From assembly GCF_000698785.1 (NCBI RefSeq), contig NZ_CP007536.1, positions 570,001-602,000 of the forward strand: 32,000 nucleotides of DNA, given 5' to 3'. The translations under genes were made by a program, and so were the position numbers. Positions 7,095 to 16,047 of this stretch are shown piece after piece; position 1 is the stretch's first letter, and every line of letters starts with the position of its first letter. The stretch comes from Nitrososphaera viennensis EN76 (lineage in GTDB: Archaea > Thermoproteota > Nitrososphaeria > Nitrososphaerales > Nitrososphaeraceae). The notes under the pieces were generated by a model, which saw nothing but the letters and a program-made list of their open reading frames with translations, searched no databases and was not told the origin of the DNA.

Positions 7095-8770
7095 AGGTCA
7101 TTCCCCGAGTACGAAAGATCCAGGCTCTTGTTCACCAGCGGAAAGTTCGGCACGATGTCGCTCAGCACCGCCTGCTCTATCGCCGGCCAGTTGAGAAACG
7201 ACGCCGTCCTTACCTTGTAGCGGAAAAGAGAGTCGCGGTCGCTTCCCACCATCACCCAGTGCACCGTCTGGCCCCTGTGCGATTCCGCGCAGCCCAAGGC
7301 GTGGCTGTAAGGCTCTAGCCGCTCCCGCACTTCTGCAGCGACAAGCTCGCCGTCGTGCAGTTCATTCATGACCTGGTTTATCATGCTCGCAGAATTGAGC
7401 ACCTCTTCCACCCTCACCTCAAAGCGCGACAGCGCGTCGCCCTTCCTCTTTTGCATCTCCACCTCGTACTCCATCATGCGCTGCGGCGTGTCGTGGTGCG
7501 CGTCGAGCCGGACAGAATCGTACGCCGCGTACGGGTGGTCGCGCCGGGTGTCAATGTCGATGCCGGCGCACCTTGCGGCTACCCCGACGAGCCCGAGGTC
7601 TGTCGCGACCTGCCTTGATATTATCCCGGTGTTCCGCAGCCTGTCCATCACGGACGACTTGTTACGCAGCATCGATATCACGCGCTGGAAATCTTCAAGC
7701 ACGTGGTTTGTGGTTTTTACGATCACCTGCGCCTTGTCCTCCAGGTCGACGCCGACCCCGCCCACTCTGTTGACTCCGAACAGCAGCCGGCTCCCGGTCA
7801 CCTGCCCGTTCAGCTGCATCATCCTCTCCTTGAGTATGTTAAGGCGCGCCGCGCCGTAGGCAAACCCGACGTCGGTCGACATGCCTGCAAGCGTGCCAAG
7901 GTGGTTGTAAATCCTCTCAAGTTCCGCGCAGGCAGTCCTTGTCGCAAGCGCCTTTTTGGGCACCTTGGCCCTTGCTATCTTCTCCAGCGCCTGGCAGTAC
8001 GCCGTCGAGTTTGCAACTGCCTCGTCACCGGCTATCCGCTCGCTCAGGAGCAGGACCTGGTCAAGAGTCATGCCCTCGGCGAGCTTTTCCGTGCCCTTGT
8101 GCGTGTAGAAAAGGCGCGTCTCGAGGTTAACGATATTCTCGCCAAGGACGCTGAACCGGAAATGCCCCGGCTCTATTATGCCGGCGTGCACAGGGCCAAC
8201 AGGTATTTCGCATATCCCTTCGCCCTCCACCTTTGCAAACCGATACTGCGAGCCATTTGTCCTGCCGGCCTTTGTTCCAGCGGCAAAGTCCTTCCGGAGC
8301 GGATGTACGCCCGCTGGCCACTGCTCGTGCAGCACAAGCGGCCGGGTGTCCGGGTTTCCTTCAGGCACAAGTCCAAACATGTCTTTTATCTCCCTTTCAT
8401 ACAGCGCCGCCGGCGGGATGCGTGAAGAGATGCTTGGAAAGGACGGGGGCGTTCCGGGCTCCGCGTCGTCCTTTATCCCCGCGGTCGCCACGATAAACAC
8501 GTCCTCGCCGTTTTCCTTTGCAAAGACGTACCTGAGCACAAAGCCCCGGCCGGCCTGCCGCTCGTCGCTGCACACCACCGTCGCAAGCCTCGCTTTCAAG
8601 TCGTCGTTTATGCAGTAGCACGCGTCCGGGATGTCCTGCTTGCCTGCGAGAACGACATGGACCTCGTTGCCGTTGAGCACGTAAACAGACCTTGCCTTTC
8701 CGCCCATCCTGCGCAGGATTTCCGTCTTGCATTTTGCAGCGCTGGAATGCTCTACTCCTGCCGACATCAT
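7091..8770 (-). CDS. fused NuoC-NuoD / HycE-type large subunit lacking all four Ni-Fe cysteine ligands
   Basis: IPVGPVHAGIIEPGHFRF is the family signature. ERIAGDEAVANSTAY sits where hydrogenases have ERxCGxCxxxHSxAY. The C-terminus DLSYSGNDL sits where they have DPCxxCxxR. Confidence 0.9.
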   Translation of the reverse strand: MMSAGVEHSSAAKCKTEILRRMGGKARSVYVLNGNEVHVVLAGKQDIPDACYCINDDLKARLATVVCSDERQAGRGFVLRYVFAKENGEDVFIVATAGIKDDAEPGTPPSFPSISSRIPPAALYEREIKDMFGLVPEGNPDTRPLVLHEQWPAGVHPLRKDFAAGTKAGRTNGSQYRFAKVEGEGICEIPVGPVHAGIIEPGHFRFSVLGENIVNLETRLFYTHKGTEKLAEGMTLDQVLLLSERIAGDEAVANSTAYCQALEKIARAKVPKKALATRTACAELERIYNHLGTLAGMSTDVGFAYGAARLNILKERMMQLNGQVTGSRLLFGVNRVGGVGVDLEDKAQVIVKTTNHVLEDFQRVISMLRNKSSVMDRLRNTGIISRQVATDLGLVGVAARCAGIDIDTRRDHPYAAYDSVRLDAHHDTPQRMMEYEVEMQKRKGDALSRFEVRVEEVLNSASMINQVMNELHDGELVAAEVRERLEPYSHALGCAESHRGQTVHWVMVGSDRDSLFRYKVRTASFLNWPAIEQAVLSDIVPNFPLVNKSLDLSYSGNDL

Positions 8771-10297
8771 CTAGCCTGCGGCACCTCCTGTCGTCTGGAA
8801 GACTGCCATGACGTCGTTGGCAAGCGCCTGCAGAGGCTCGGGTATGTAGAATCCAAGCATCACCACGAGCGCGGCCAGGACGAGCATCGGCACGACGGCG
8901 AGCTTGCCCGTGCCGTGCATGGCGGCGTCTTCAGGCATCCTTTTGCCCGGCTCTTTCGGGGCGCCAAAGACCATCCTTACTGTGTGCTTCATAAAGCCGG
9001 CAAATATCACCACTAAAAACGCGATGACAAGCGCGGCAGCGAGGAACTGCCCCGCCCCAAAGCCTGCGCTCAGTATGAGAAACTCGCTTGCAAAGACGTT
9101 GAACGGCGGCATGCCCACTATGGCAAGGCCGCCTATCAGGAACAGGGCGCCCGTCACGGGCATGACCCTTATGATGCCCCGGATCTCGGACATGGCCTTT
9201 GTCTCGTACCTGTGGCTTATCGTGCCGCTGGCAAAGAACATGAGCGGCTTGGCGACTGCGTGGTTTATGATGTGCAAGAGCGCGCCATATATGCCGGCAA
9301 ACCCGCCAAAGCCCATGGCAAGCGCGACGATGCCCATGTGCTCGACGCTGGAATATGCCAGCATGCGCTTCATGTCCTTCTGGAAGTACATCGACGCGGC
9401 CGCGATGCCGACTGACACGACGCCGAGGATTATCATGAGCTGGCTTGGGAACTCGGGCCCCAGAGTTCCTGACGATATTATGTGGAACCGCAGTATGCCG
9501 TATATCGAGCAGTTCAGTAGCACGCCGGAGAGGAGCGCGCTCACCGGCGTGGGGGCCTCGCTGTGCGCGTCCGGCAGCCAGGTATGCATCGGCGCAAGGC
9601 CGGCCTTTGTGCCAAATCCTATCAGGACAAAGATGAACGCAATCTTGACGATGTTCGGGTCAAGCAACTTGGAGTTGGCGACCATGTCCGTCCAGTTCAT
9701 GGCGGAGTCCGGCTCGGCAGAAGTCGCGTTTGCGTTGGTGTAGTAAAAGAACACGGTGCCAAAGAGCGCAAACGACAGGCCGACGGTCGCGATTATCAGG
9801 TACTTCCACGCCGCCTCGATGGCGCTCTCCTTCGTGTAGAGCATTATCAGGAGCACCGAGACGAGGGTCGTGGCCTCTATTGCCACCCACATGGCGCCCA
9901 TATTGTTTGACAGCGGGACGAACAGCATCGTCAGCAAAAAGACGTTGAAGCCCTGGTAATACCGGATGATGCGCCTGTCGTCTACCAGGCCCCGCTCGTA
10001 CTGCTTGCCCATATAGTCCACAGAGTAAATGGCAGACATGCAGCCGACGCCGGCTACGGGGAGCAGCACCAGCGCCCCAAAGGCGTCAAGGTAGAAAAGC
10101 TCGTCAAAGGTAGTTATCTTTTTTTCAGAGATGACGCCTGCCACCAGCGCAGCTGCCTGCACGAGCACCAGGGCCGCAGAGGCCACGGTGGCCATCTCTG
10201 CCACCTTCTTCTTGCGAAAGAGCGTGGGCGCAAGCGCGCCGGCTACGGGCGTCAGGAGCATAGAAATTATCAGTGCACTAGACTCTGCTGCCGCCAT
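8771..10297 (-). CDS. antiporter-like membrane subunit (HyfF / NuoM-N / MrpD family)
   Basis: 508-aa polytopic protein with GFGTKAGLAPMHTWLPDAHSEAP, the hallmark of the family. Abuts the large-subunit gene. Confidence 0.85.
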   Translation of the reverse strand: MAAAESSALIISMLLTPVAGALAPTLFRKKKVAEMATVASAALVLVQAAALVAGVISEKKITTFDELFYLDAFGALVLLPVAGVGCMSAIYSVDYMGKQYERGLVDDRRIIRYYQGFNVFLLTMLFVPLSNNMGAMWVAIEATTLVSVLLIMLYTKESAIEAAWKYLIIATVGLSFALFGTVFFYYTNANATSAEPDSAMNWTDMVANSKLLDPNIVKIAFIFVLIGFGTKAGLAPMHTWLPDAHSEAPTPVSALLSGVLLNCSIYGILRFHIISSGTLGPEFPSQLMIILGVVSVGIAAASMYFQKDMKRMLAYSSVEHMGIVALAMGFGGFAGIYGALLHIINHAVAKPLMFFASGTISHRYETKAMSEIRGIIRVMPVTGALFLIGGLAIVGMPPFNVFASEFLILSAGFGAGQFLAAALVIAFLVVIFAGFMKHTVRMVFGAPKEPGKRMPEDAAMHGTGKLAVVPMLVLAALVVMLGFYIPEPLQALANDVMAVFQTTGGAAG

Positions 10298-10298
10298 G

Positions 10299-10973
10299 CT
10301 AGTCGTCCCTCAGCTTCTCCAGGCTGCCGATGTCCAGCGTGTCAAACGTCTGGCTTATCCTGAACAGCAGTATCGCAGAGATTATGACGCCGACGAGGAT
10401 GTCTGCAAATATCCCTATCTCTATTATCAGCGAGACGCCGTGTGTGAGCGCGGTCGTAAACAGGAAGAGCCCGTTTTCGATTATCAGAAGACCGACCACC
10501 TGGTTCAGCGCCATCCTCCTGCTCACCATGACAAACAGGCCTATGAAGAACAGCGAAACAGACACGGGCAGGTACGTCATTGCCACCCTGTCGAGGTTCG
10601 GCGTCTGGAGCATCTGCTGCGTCAGGGCGTACGAGAGCGCCACGAGGAGCGCAGATATGAGGATTGACATGCGCAGGCCGACGTACGGGTTGGTCTCTAT
10701 CTTGAACTCGTCTTTGATCTTTTTCGTGACCCGCAACAGCACGCGCGGTATCACCACGGCCTTTACCACTAGCGTGAGGGCCGCAACGACATAGATCTCC
10801 CACACGCCGGTAAAGTACGCTATCACCGCGGTGACAGCGGCGAGGACTATGGTCTGGTAGCGATAGGCGCTCAGCCAGTCTGCAAAGCCCCTCCTCACGA
10901 CGACGCCGAATGTCGCTATCAGCAGGCCTGCCGACGAGATTGTCAATATGTCAACCGGCGGCATCATCTCCAC
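10299..10973 (-). CDS. HyfE-like small membrane subunit
   Basis: 224 aa, about 7 TM helices, LLIIENGLFLF motif. GTG start preceded by GAGGAGGAGGTG at 7-nt spacing. Confidence 0.8.
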   Translation of the reverse strand: MEMMPPVDILTISSAGLLIATFGVVVRRGFADWLSAYRYQTIVLAAVTAVIAYFTGVWEIYVVAALTLVVKAVVIPRVLLRVTKKIKDEFKIETNPYVGLRMSILISALLVALSYALTQQMLQTPNLDRVAMTYLPVSVSLFFIGLFVMVSRRMALNQVVGLLIIENGLFLFTTALTHGVSLIIEIGIFADILVGVIISAILLFRISQTFDTLDIGSLEKLRDD

Positions 10974-10995
10974 TGCTACACACCTCCTCCTCTTT

Positions 10996-11940
10996 TCATA
11001 GGTAGTAAAAGATCACTCCCACCATAGAGCTCGCTATTGCCATCACGAGCAAGTCCGGCACGCGGAACAGGCGCCACTTGGCCACCCTCGTCTCCACGTA
11101 CGCTACCAGCATTGCAAGGAGGACGACCTTTGCCAGGAACGCGCCTGCGCCCGCCGCGACTGCCGAGCCGGCATCCAGGCTTGCGGGCATGCCCGCAGGG
11201 ATGAACAGGTTCACCAAGAGCGCCAGAAGTATCATCTGCTTTATCGACTGCGACCACTGGACCATCGCAAGGCTCTTGCCGGAATATTCCAGCACCATCG
11301 CCTCGTGGACCATCGTAAGCTCTAGGTGCGTCGCAGGGTTGTCAAACGGGAGCCTGCCGGTCTCTGCAAGCGTGACTATGAAAAATGCTATCAGGGCAAA
11401 GAGCATGCTTGGCGCCGTGGCAAAGCCGGCCGACCGCGCCGCCGCTCCGACAAGGCTTGACAGGTTCGTTCCTCCCAGCGTGAGCGACACCACGAATATC
11501 GACAGGAACAGCGCCGGCTCGGCAAGCGATGATATCATCATCTCCCGGCTCGTGCCAAGGCCGCTGAACGCGCTTGCGACGTCAAGCCCCGCAAGCATCG
11601 TGAAGAACCTTGCAAGGCCAAACAGCCCGAGCACTACCAGCACGTCGCCGACTGCCCCAAATGGGCTGAAGGGCACAAACGCAGGCACGAACAGCGCCGC
11701 GGTTACCGTCGCGGCCATCATCACCCACGGCGCGCAGCGGAACACCCACGAGCTCTGGTCTGAGACCACCTCGTCTTTTTTCATCAGCTTGGACAGGTCG
11801 TAGTACGGCTGGAGCACGCTTGCACCCACCCTCTTTTGCGTCCTTGCCTTCACCTTCCTCATGACGCCCGTCAAGAGCGGGGCAAGCGCCACGATGGCGG
11901 CTGCCTGCGCCGCGCCGACAGCCACCGAAGAGGCGTCCAT
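10996..11940 (-). CDS. NuoH / HycD (HyfC)-type membrane subunit
   Basis: 314 aa. RKVKARTQKRVGASVLQPYYDLSKLMKKD and PFDNPATHLELTMVHEAMVLEYSG are NuoH-family motifs. Confidence 0.85.
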   Translation of the reverse strand: MDASSVAVGAAQAAAIVALAPLLTGVMRKVKARTQKRVGASVLQPYYDLSKLMKKDEVVSDQSSWVFRCAPWVMMAATVTAALFVPAFVPFSPFGAVGDVLVVLGLFGLARFFTMLAGLDVASAFSGLGTSREMMISSLAEPALFLSIFVVSLTLGGTNLSSLVGAAARSAGFATAPSMLFALIAFFIVTLAETGRLPFDNPATHLELTMVHEAMVLEYSGKSLAMVQWSQSIKQMILLALLVNLFIPAGMPASLDAGSAVAAGAGAFLAKVVLLAMLVAYVETRVAKWRLFRVPDLLVMAIASSMVGVIFYYL

Positions 11941-14006
11941 CAGGGCACCAGCCTTGCCAGCAGCAAAAGGAGTGCAAGAGCTATCATCACGTATAGCAGG
12001 TACGCGTTGACCTTGCCCGTCTGTATACGACGCACCTTGTCGAAAAACGCCACGGTCGCGCTGACCGTGTGCGAGTACAGCCCTTCTTCAAAGACGTCCC
12101 GAGTTTCAGACTCTACGCGCGCCGATTTGACGGCGTACGGGTTTGACGCAGAGTGCCGGTCCTTTGTGACGCTCATGCGCGGCCTGTAGAGCGCCCGAAA
12201 GACGGTGCGGATGGGCTGCGAAAGCGAGCCGGCCGTATACTGCATCCGCGCGTCCAGCGCGCCAAAGCCGCAGTCCCACGTGCCGTACAGCCGCCTCTTG
12301 GTACTGCGCGAGCCTGCGGCAAATGCAAAGCCAATGATTGCCGCCGCCACAGCGCCCATCATTATTGCTATAGCAGGCATGGACAAATTGCTCAACGCCT
12401 CGCCGGCGCGGTACGGCACGGCAAGCGCGTCAAACGGCGACACGCTGAACTGCTGCGGGTCCAGCTCAAACGAAGCGGCCATCATCCCGGTCGCTACAAA
12501 GGGCAGGACGCCAAAGACCACGCACAGCGCCGCGGCTATTCCCATGCCGGCTATCATGGTCTTGGGCGCTTCCTTTGCATGCGCGGCTGCTTCCGAGCGA
12601 GGGCGGGACAGGAAAGTGATGCCAAACATCTTGACAAAAGTGGCAAGCGCTATCCCTGCCGTGAGCGCAAACGCGATGCTCGCAAAGCTGATGGATATTT
12701 GCAGGGCGGTGTTTGGCACCTGGTACGAAGAAAGCAGGGCCTGCATAGTGAGCCACTCGCTCACAAAGCCGTTGAGGGGAGGCAGGCCCGAGATGGCTAT
12801 TGCGCCGACAAGGAAGAGGAGCGCCGTCTGAGGCATCTTTTTTGCCAGCCCGCCCAGCTGCTCCATGTCCTTTGTGTGCGTGCGAAAGAGTATAGAGCCG
12901 GCGCCCATGAAAAGCAGGCTCTTGAAGGCGGCATGGTTGAGCGAGTGGTACATTGCTGCCAAGAGCGCCACCGCCGCAAGGGCCTGCAGGCCAAACGACG
13001 CAAAGGTGACAGAAAGCCCGAGGCCGAGCACGACTATGCCGATGTTTTCTATGGTGCTGTAGGCAAGGGCGCGCTTGATGTCTTTTTCAATGGCGGCATA
13101 GAGCACGCCAATGAGCGCGGACACGGAACCGGCGACGACCATTAGCATGCCCCACCACGCCGAGTCTGGTGAGCCGGGCACCGCAAAGTCAAGCGTGGTG
13201 CGCACGAGGCCATAGATCGCGACCTTTACCATGACTGCGGACATTAGCGCGGACACGTTGCTTGGGGCCGACGGGTGCGCCTGTGGGAGCCAGACGTGCA
13301 TGGGCACGAGGCCGGCCTTTGTGCCAAAGCCGATAAACGCAAGTACGAAAGCGACGTCCTTTATGTACGGGGGCATGGGCGACGCAGGGTCCCTGAAAGA
13401 GTCGAATGACAGGCTGCCAGTATGGAAGTACATCGCAAGGAACGAGCCGGTGATAAACGCCGTGCCAAGGTGAGTCATCACGATGTAGGTCATGCCGGCC
13501 TTGATGTTGCCTTCATTGTCGTGCTCGTAGATGACAAGGAAGAACGACGCAAGCGACATCGCCTCCCAAAAGACCAGGAACGAAAACGCGCTGTCCGACG
13601 CGGTGACCAGGAACATGGAAAGGACAAAGAGGTTGAACAGAAAGCCAAGCGCCCTCTTGCTGCGCTTTTCAGAATATTCGCCTACATAGCCGATGGAGTA
13701 TATCGAGGCTGCGAAAGCGACCGGCCCAATGATTAGCATGAAAAACGCCGCCACGCCATCTACGTGAAACTCGATGCTCAGTGCAGGAACGGGGGCGGCA
13801 AACAGCGGGGAGATGTCAAGCGGCAAGCCAGAAATGGCCACAGAAGCAGACAGCGCGACTATCAGGACCGACCCAAGGGCTGGCGGGGCAAAAGACAGGA
13901 TAGCAGATTTCCTGCCATCCCGGAAGGCAAGCGGCAAGAGCGCGCCGGCTACGAACGAAAGCACGGCCGCTTGAAATAGAGTTGAGTAACCATCTCCAAA
14001 AACCAT
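11940..14006 (-). CDS. antiporter-like membrane subunit (HyfB/HycC / NuoL family)
   Basis: 688-aa polytopic protein with GFGTKAGLVPMHVWLPQAHPSAP. First gene of the operon; its stop overlaps the next start by 1 nt. Confidence 0.85.
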   Translation of the reverse strand: MVFGDGYSTLFQAAVLSFVAGALLPLAFRDGRKSAILSFAPPALGSVLIVALSASVAISGLPLDISPLFAAPVPALSIEFHVDGVAAFFMLIIGPVAFAASIYSIGYVGEYSEKRSKRALGFLFNLFVLSMFLVTASDSAFSFLVFWEAMSLASFFLVIYEHDNEGNIKAGMTYIVMTHLGTAFITGSFLAMYFHTGSLSFDSFRDPASPMPPYIKDVAFVLAFIGFGTKAGLVPMHVWLPQAHPSAPSNVSALMSAVMVKVAIYGLVRTTLDFAVPGSPDSAWWGMLMVVAGSVSALIGVLYAAIEKDIKRALAYSTIENIGIVVLGLGLSVTFASFGLQALAAVALLAAMYHSLNHAAFKSLLFMGAGSILFRTHTKDMEQLGGLAKKMPQTALLFLVGAIAISGLPPLNGFVSEWLTMQALLSSYQVPNTALQISISFASIAFALTAGIALATFVKMFGITFLSRPRSEAAAHAKEAPKTMIAGMGIAAALCVVFGVLPFVATGMMAASFELDPQQFSVSPFDALAVPYRAGEALSNLSMPAIAIMMGAVAAAIIGFAFAAGSRSTKRRLYGTWDCGFGALDARMQYTAGSLSQPIRTVFRALYRPRMSVTKDRHSASNPYAVKSARVESETRDVFEEGLYSHTVSATVAFFDKVRRIQTGKVNAYLLYVMIALALLLLLARLVP

Positions 14007-14124
14007 TCGTTATGACACTTTTTTCCCCGAATAGATGCACTCGACTGCCTTACGTTACGGCAACCGCAGTTTTTGGCAGTCGGCTTTTAAAGATTAGGTC
14101 ACAAATTATGCAATAATTCAGAAT

Positions 14125-14139
14125 TCCGAGATTTTCGGA
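14125..14139. promoter_or_regulatory. inverted repeat TCCGA-N5-TCGGA in the divergent promoter region (candidate operator)
   Basis: Lies between the Ehr operon start (14006) and the regulator start (14182). CTTTAAAA boxes are at 14085-14092 (minus sense) and 14149-14156 (plus sense). Confidence 0.3.
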
Positions 14140-14181
14140 TTTTCAAAAACTTTAAAATGCCGCACACATCAGGTCTCCGGC

Positions 14182-14784
14182 ATGAAGCCCCGGAACATCA
14201 AGACCTACCTGACGCACTTTCCAGTCAAGTCGTACCTCGAAGCCGACATACTTTCAAAGGAGAGCACGTGGCGGATAATGGACTACATCAGGCAGGCAGG
14301 GGCCCAGGGCATCACCGCCGAGGACATCATCGAAAAAGAAAAGATCCCCGCAAGCGTCGTCTATTCTACACTGAAAGAGCTCTATCGCCTGGAGTTTGTC
14401 TTCCTCTACCCGAGGGAAAAAAAGGCCAAAGGCGAGAGGAGCAAGAGGTTCGTGTGCGAAAGGAGCACGTGGGGGAAGTACGGCATCGACGAGGAGTTTG
14501 ACACGCTCCTGAAGGTGAGCGGCCTGCTTGAAAGCATCACGGAAGAAATGCGCGTGCCGGTGATGAAGGCGTTCAGGCACATGTATGAGGAATTCGGCGC
14601 CAGAAAAGAGCTGCAGAAATTCCTCCCCACCAAGCAGACCAACATCTGCCCGAATTGCCAGAGGAGCCACGAGGCGATGGAGTTTTTTTACGCCACGCTT
14701 CTTCGCAGCATCGACCTGATGATAACAGAGTCGGACGAGTTCAAGAAGTTCCTCGTAGAAATGAAGTACGCAAGTGACGATTAG
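14182..14784 (+). CDS. winged-helix transcriptional regulator (ArsR/TrmB-like N-terminus, CxxC-containing C-terminal domain)
   Basis: WRIMDYIRQAGAQGITAEDIIEKEKIPASVVYSTLKELYRLEFV is an HTH plus wing. CPNCQRSHE lies near the C-terminus. Divergent from the Ehr operon. Confidence 0.65.
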   Translation: MKPRNIKTYLTHFPVKSYLEADILSKESTWRIMDYIRQAGAQGITAEDIIEKEKIPASVVYSTLKELYRLEFVFLYPREKKAKGERSKRFVCERSTWGKYGIDEEFDTLLKVSGLLESITEEMRVPVMKAFRHMYEEFGARKELQKFLPTKQTNICPNCQRSHEAMEFFYATLLRSIDLMITESDEFKKFLVEMKYASDD

Positions 14785-15235
14785 CAGATTTCACCTCAAG
14801 CAGTTAATACGCATCAGAACGCTTTTTCCAGAAAAAAAGATGCAGCTTTCAGCCGCCCCGATGGCTTCTGCCTCCTCACAGGGCTCGCATCCAATGTTGG
14901 ACCGTGTTCCTCTGTGCCCGCTAAAATCTTGCCAGTTGATTGCTCGTTTTCGCATGCATTCTTTTTAGCTCTTGTCGTCGGACTTGCCATAATTGTGTCG
15001 ATATAGCCCGCCAAGAAAGGCGCTTACTCGTGTGACCAGCATCGCCCAAACGGCGGCGTATCGTAACAAGAAAACAAGATGCAGAGCGCCTTAATTCCAT
15101 GATAGGCAACACACCGTTACACTAAAGATGACCAAGAAGTCTTAATTCAAGGCGAAAATATACTGCGTTGCACAATATACTCATGTCAAAGATATCTGTG
15201 GCATAACTTTATCTAAAACATTAGCATATCATGAC

Positions 15236-15508
15236 ATGTTGCAGTTCAGGCGCATGCTTGCACTGAGCATGACCATCATTGCGTCTGCCGCAGTCATCAT
15301 TAATACAGGTCCGGCTTATGGCCATGGCTGCCAGGCGCAGGGCGGCTGCTGCACCGTAGGCGATGCGTGTGTTGAAATCAGCGCCAACAGCCCCATCTAC
15401 ATGATGTTTGCAGTAGTAGGCGTGGGCGCCGTGATGATGCTCGCATTTTACGGCAGGCCAGAACAGAGAAGAAACCGGCTTGGCGCTATTTTCAATATCT
15501 TCATTTAG
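15236..15508 (+). CDS. small membrane protein with an exofacial Cys cluster (hypothetical)
   Basis: 90 aa. Signal/anchor LALSMTIIASAAVII, then GHGCQAQGGCCTVGDAC, then TM helix IYMMFAVVGVGAVMMLAF followed by a basic tail. TATA-like CTTTATCTAAAA lies about 20 nt upstream. Confidence 0.5.
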   Translation: MLQFRRMLALSMTIIASAAVIINTGPAYGHGCQAQGGCCTVGDACVEISANSPIYMMFAVVGVGAVMMLAFYGRPEQRRNRLGAIFNIFI

Positions 15509-15594
15509 AATGAAAAGAAACTTCGCTTATCCTGACTGTCAACTTTGCCGATCTGCAGGGCTCCCGTGCCAGCCTCAAGAGAGGAGCGGTTTCC

Positions 15595-16047
15595 CTAGTA
15601 TTTCCAAGTCGCCATGTAAAGCGGCGCGATCTCGATGACGCTGTAATTCTTGGCATTTTCAATCAGCATCTTTGCTTCTTGGCTATCTGGAGATCCCAGG
15701 TACCTCATTATGTGTCGGGATATCACCTTTTTCGCATACTCGGGATCGTCTATGACTCGGGCCTTCCCCTTGCCGCGGACCCCATAAGGCGGGCCCTTGT
15801 CGGCCACGTCCACAAGGAAGTAAACGTCAGGATTCTTTTTGAGCGACCGGGCCTTGGCGCCGCCAGCGTAGGTGGTAAGAAAGAATTTCCCATCCTCGTA
15901 GTAGTGCCAGACAGGGTGGACCAGAGGCGTGCCGTCGCGCGCGTCAATCATGGCTATCCGCAGGATGCTGGGCTGATTCAGGAGCTCGGTGACCTCTCCT
16001 TCCTGCATCGGCTTTGCATAGTTGTCGGCAAGCCGAAACTCCATCAT
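15595..16047 (-). CDS. pyridoxamine 5'-phosphate oxidase-like (PPOX / split-barrel) family protein
   Basis: 150 aa. VHPVWHYYE, VYFLVDV, YGVRGKGKARV and IEIAPLYMATWKY make it a paralog of 4530-5000. Confidence 0.8.
   Translation of the reverse strand: MMEFRLADNYAKPMQEGEVTELLNQPSILRIAMIDARDGTPLVHPVWHYYEDGKFFLTTYAGGAKARSLKKNPDVYFLVDVADKGPPYGVRGKGKARVIDDPEYAKKVISRHIMRYLGSPDSQEAKMLIENAKNYSVIEIAPLYMATWKY

Noticed and set aside
7091-8770. Calling the operon a formate hydrogenlyase or a functional group-4 [NiFe] hydrogenase
   Set aside because: Gene order and homology fit. However, both CxxC ligand pairs of the large subunit are replaced (ERIAGDE..., DLSYSGNDL), and no maturation or formate dehydrogenase genes are visible.
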